Assembly: GCF_009914755.1 (NCBI RefSeq)
Contig: NC_060927.1
Length of the DNA stretch: 64,000 nucleotides
Strand: one strand, 5' to 3'
DNA from: the human T2T-CHM13v2.0 reference genome, Homo sapiens
Part shown: piece after piece, positions 61,051-64,000 of the stretch
Layout: every line of letters starts with the position of its first letter
Position numbering within the stretch: the stretch's first letter is position 1
The notes under the pieces: generated by a model
Seen by the model: only the letters and a program-made list of their open reading frames with translations
Told to the model about the DNA's origin: nothing
The model's database searches: none
Position numbers and translations under genes: made by a program

Positions 61051-62884
61051 TAACACAAATGTGACTGCATCACTACCTGATGAAAGCCTTTTACTGAATC
61101 TACAAAGCCTCCAGAACAAAGTCTTAACGTGTTAGGCTCTCACAGCATCTGCCATTTACTCTTCGAATCTTCTGCCACCCTCTGCTTTAAACACTATGCT
61201 CCAATACTACCAAACTCTCCACAAATCTATTATCAACTTCCACTTATTTGACAGACATATATTAAAATGCCCACTATTGGAGTGCTGGTAAGTACTCAAC
61301 AAATTAATTTCCCTTCCTGGGGAATTCCAACTACCTCCTAAAAACATGCCAACATGAAAAAAGGCCTATTTTCAATCTCGTATCTAGGAAGTGATACAGA
61401 ATTCAGTTTCCTTATTTGTAAAATAAAACAGGTAATCCTCCTTTCATCTCAAAAATGTGATGCCCTGCTAAGGTGGCTGTGGAAAAAACTAATCTTCATA
61501 TCTACTTTAAGTCTTAATACATTGTTTAAATGCACTTGAAGTACTACACCCTGTGGAAAGGGAATGAAGTTCCTTTAAGAGGGACATAAGGACAAGAGCC
61601 AGAAGGTGAGGCTGGCAACAGAGGGACACTAAAGAATAAAAGGTCCAGAGTGGACACAGAGGAAAATGGAGAAGGGGAAGCCCCTCAGTGGGAGCCAGTC
61701 CAGGTTTCCATGAAGCCCGGCAGTGCCAAGCTCCTGTCTCTTCCTCTTCCTGCCTTCCCAGAAGAGGTGAGAAGGACCCTAAGGGAGTACTTACCACAAG
61801 ACAAGTCTGCTCAGCTGGCCAAGAATGCTTGTCAGGTCACATAAAGCTGCCCCTATCCTTTAAGCTTAGTTATCTGTGGGCCGTTCTGAGGACTGGGACA
61901 GGGGGAAGAGCAAAGGCCAGAGGGACACTGCTTAGAGATCCCAACACAAAACTTGAACACAGATTTATCAAGCACTGCACTTCCTGATAAAGAGATTATG
62001 GGTAAGTCAAACCTATTCTGGCTTGAACCACATTGGGCTAGAGGAACTTTTTTCAGGATATTAATTCCAGTGTTTTTCTAGAATGAGGGCCCACAACCAA
62101 TTCGTCATAGAGTCTCCAGGACGGTATCCTGTTCTCTAAATTAGGCAATGTCTAAAGTGTTCTTCAGATGCCTATTAAGTAATGCTATGACCAAATAGTA
62201 TCAATTAAAAAGTCAAAAAACCTAGTAGGAATGCAAGTATTGTCTAAATAAAGGCATATGAAATATAGTACAATAAATCTATGTAATAGATCATTAAATA
62301 TTTTTTAAGCTCTTTTAATAAGACTTTCAATGGACACACACAGCCAGTCTCTGGCTTACGTCTAAAGGCCCTAAATAGTCAGATCATGAAGCTAGCAAAA
62401 AGGTACCTGGTGGTAGATACTGTACGCCAAATATTGAAGAAAATATAACTTTGCAAGCTCAAATCTATAAGGTGGTGGCGGAATTATGAACAGGTGGAAA
62501 ACAGTGGGCCAGAGGCCAAAGTAACAGCATTCACAATGGAATACAGCAGTAGAGTTTTCTGGTCAAAGACTTAGAAGCTAAAGGTGAGGTAGTAATTCCT
62601 ACCAGGCTTTCATCTCAAATAATGGCAGGACTCACCAACTTAAACACCAAGCTGACTGGACACTCCCTACAGTCACTAAGACTCTTCACAATCACTGTAC
62701 TTTGACAGAACTTTTGAAGCATTAAATATATTGCTAAAGGAAGCCAAATACCAGCACATTTCTGCAAAGCGGCAGACACTGCTAGCCGTTCCTCAAGAGC
62801 CATCGCCTTCCTTACCAATAGAAGCCCAATTTTGTATACAACAAGAACGTGATCAACTCAAAACTCAATTTCCTCCAATATGCA

Positions 62885-63290
62885 TTAACTGATGAATGGT
62901 TTATATCCATACAATGGAATATCTGTCAGTAATAAAAAAGAATGAAGTACTGATACATGATACATGAAGGAATTTTGAAAATCCTATGTTAAATGTAAGA
63001 AGCCAAACACAAAAGACCACATGTTGTGTGATTCCGTTTATATGAATGGTCCAGAACAGGCAAATCTATACAGACAAAAAGTAGATTCGTGGTTGCCTAG
63101 AGCTGAGGGTGAGGGTGGAATTGGGAGTGACTGCTAATGGGTATGGGGTTTCTTTTTAGGGTAATAAAAATGAATTAGATTGTGGCGATGATTATACAAC
63201 TCTGTGACTACACTAAAAATCACTGAGAATTACACACTTTAAATGGGTGATACTAGAATTATATCTCAATAAAGCTGTTTTCAAAAAATA
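62885..63290 (+). mobile_element. L1MB7/8-type 3' end
   Basis: aatgaagtactgatacatg, ccagaacaggcaaatctatacagac, ggagtgactgctaatgggtatggggtttcttt, tctcaataaagctgtt. Confidence 0.9.
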
Positions 63291-63419
63291 ACAAAATCTA
63301 ATTTCCTGGCATTACCCACCTGTAGCGCATGGAGTGCTCATGTGCGTTCAGGATATTAAGTTGTTGGTGGAAGCATACTACAGGAAGTTAGTAGTTTCCT
63401 CACAAAAAGGACTCAGTAA

Positions 63420-63690
63420 CTCATGCCTCTTGCTTTTTGCCCTTGCTCATCTTCCTATCTGGAACAAGCTCTAGGCCCTTGGGGTCCCTAAGAACCACAG
63501 CATGCTAAAGACGGCAGAGCAGCAAAACAGGAGGAGACTGGCAATGGATGACACCCTGGGATCACTGCATTAGCATTGGTTTATCTCTCTCTGGAGCTGT
63601 TATGGGAGAAAAATGACCTGCCTTTGGTTAAGTGATTATGGTTGAATTTTTCCATTACTTGCAGCTAAATGCTATCCCTAATGATACAAA
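63420..63690 (+). mobile_element. MLT1 (I/J/K-type) LTR 3' portion
   Basis: catgctaaagacggcagagcag...ttacttgcagctaaatgctatccctaatgataca. Confidence 0.6.
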
Positions 63691-64000
63691 CCTATCTAAT
63701 ATCAGCCTATGCTTATTCTCAGAGCCAAGAAGGCAAAAAGCAAAAAAAGACTCAGAAAGATGTAAAAAAGTTTATTGCAAATGTAACCTTAAGGCACCAT
63801 AGAGTTAATTTCTTTAAGGGTAAACAGTTATTTTATTTTCAAACTATATTTTTTTTCCCAGTTGTAATATACCCCCAGAGGAGTGCTCACTCCTCTAAAG
63901 ACAAATCATTAAAACATGCTTTATTGTTGAAATACTGAGAAACCAAGTATGAACAAATGATGTATTTGTTCAAAGAGAATAATGTTGAACATCATCAATC

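Overview
Repeat-dense, non-coding great-ape DNA, most likely human: it carries AluY and an L1PA2-type 3' end. I see no intact cellular protein-coding gene, RNA gene or CRISPR-like array. The long ORFs with recognisable homology are decayed LINE-1 ORF1/ORF2/ORF0 pieces, and the rest look like chance ORFs. Main elements: a full-length L1PA5-like LINE (6920-13333, minus, 15-bp TSD, AluY inside ORF1); a TSD-bounded L1MA10/L1MB-type element with nested insertions (21072-27062); a full-length L1PB4-like LINE (~28275-35650, minus); the 5' half of an L1PA6-like LINE (50984-53852); solo LTRs (MER11C, MLT2A1, MSTD, MSTB, MER67-like); DNA-transposon fossils (Tigger3b, MER1A/B, MER44, Tigger4, MER5A); and about 13 Alus. 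Subfamily names come from recalled diagnostic sequence and need RepeatMasker/Dfam confirmation. I cannot support a new biological system. The best leads are: an open 108-aa ORF0 homolog within a pair of convergent L1 antisense promoters; a possible decayed two-exon secreted-peptide gene at 3.3-3.6 kb; a 197-bp palindrome built from LTR-like ends; a young L1 with a layered 3' tail; an internally inverted MER44; and an ETS/GATA/RUNX motif cluster.
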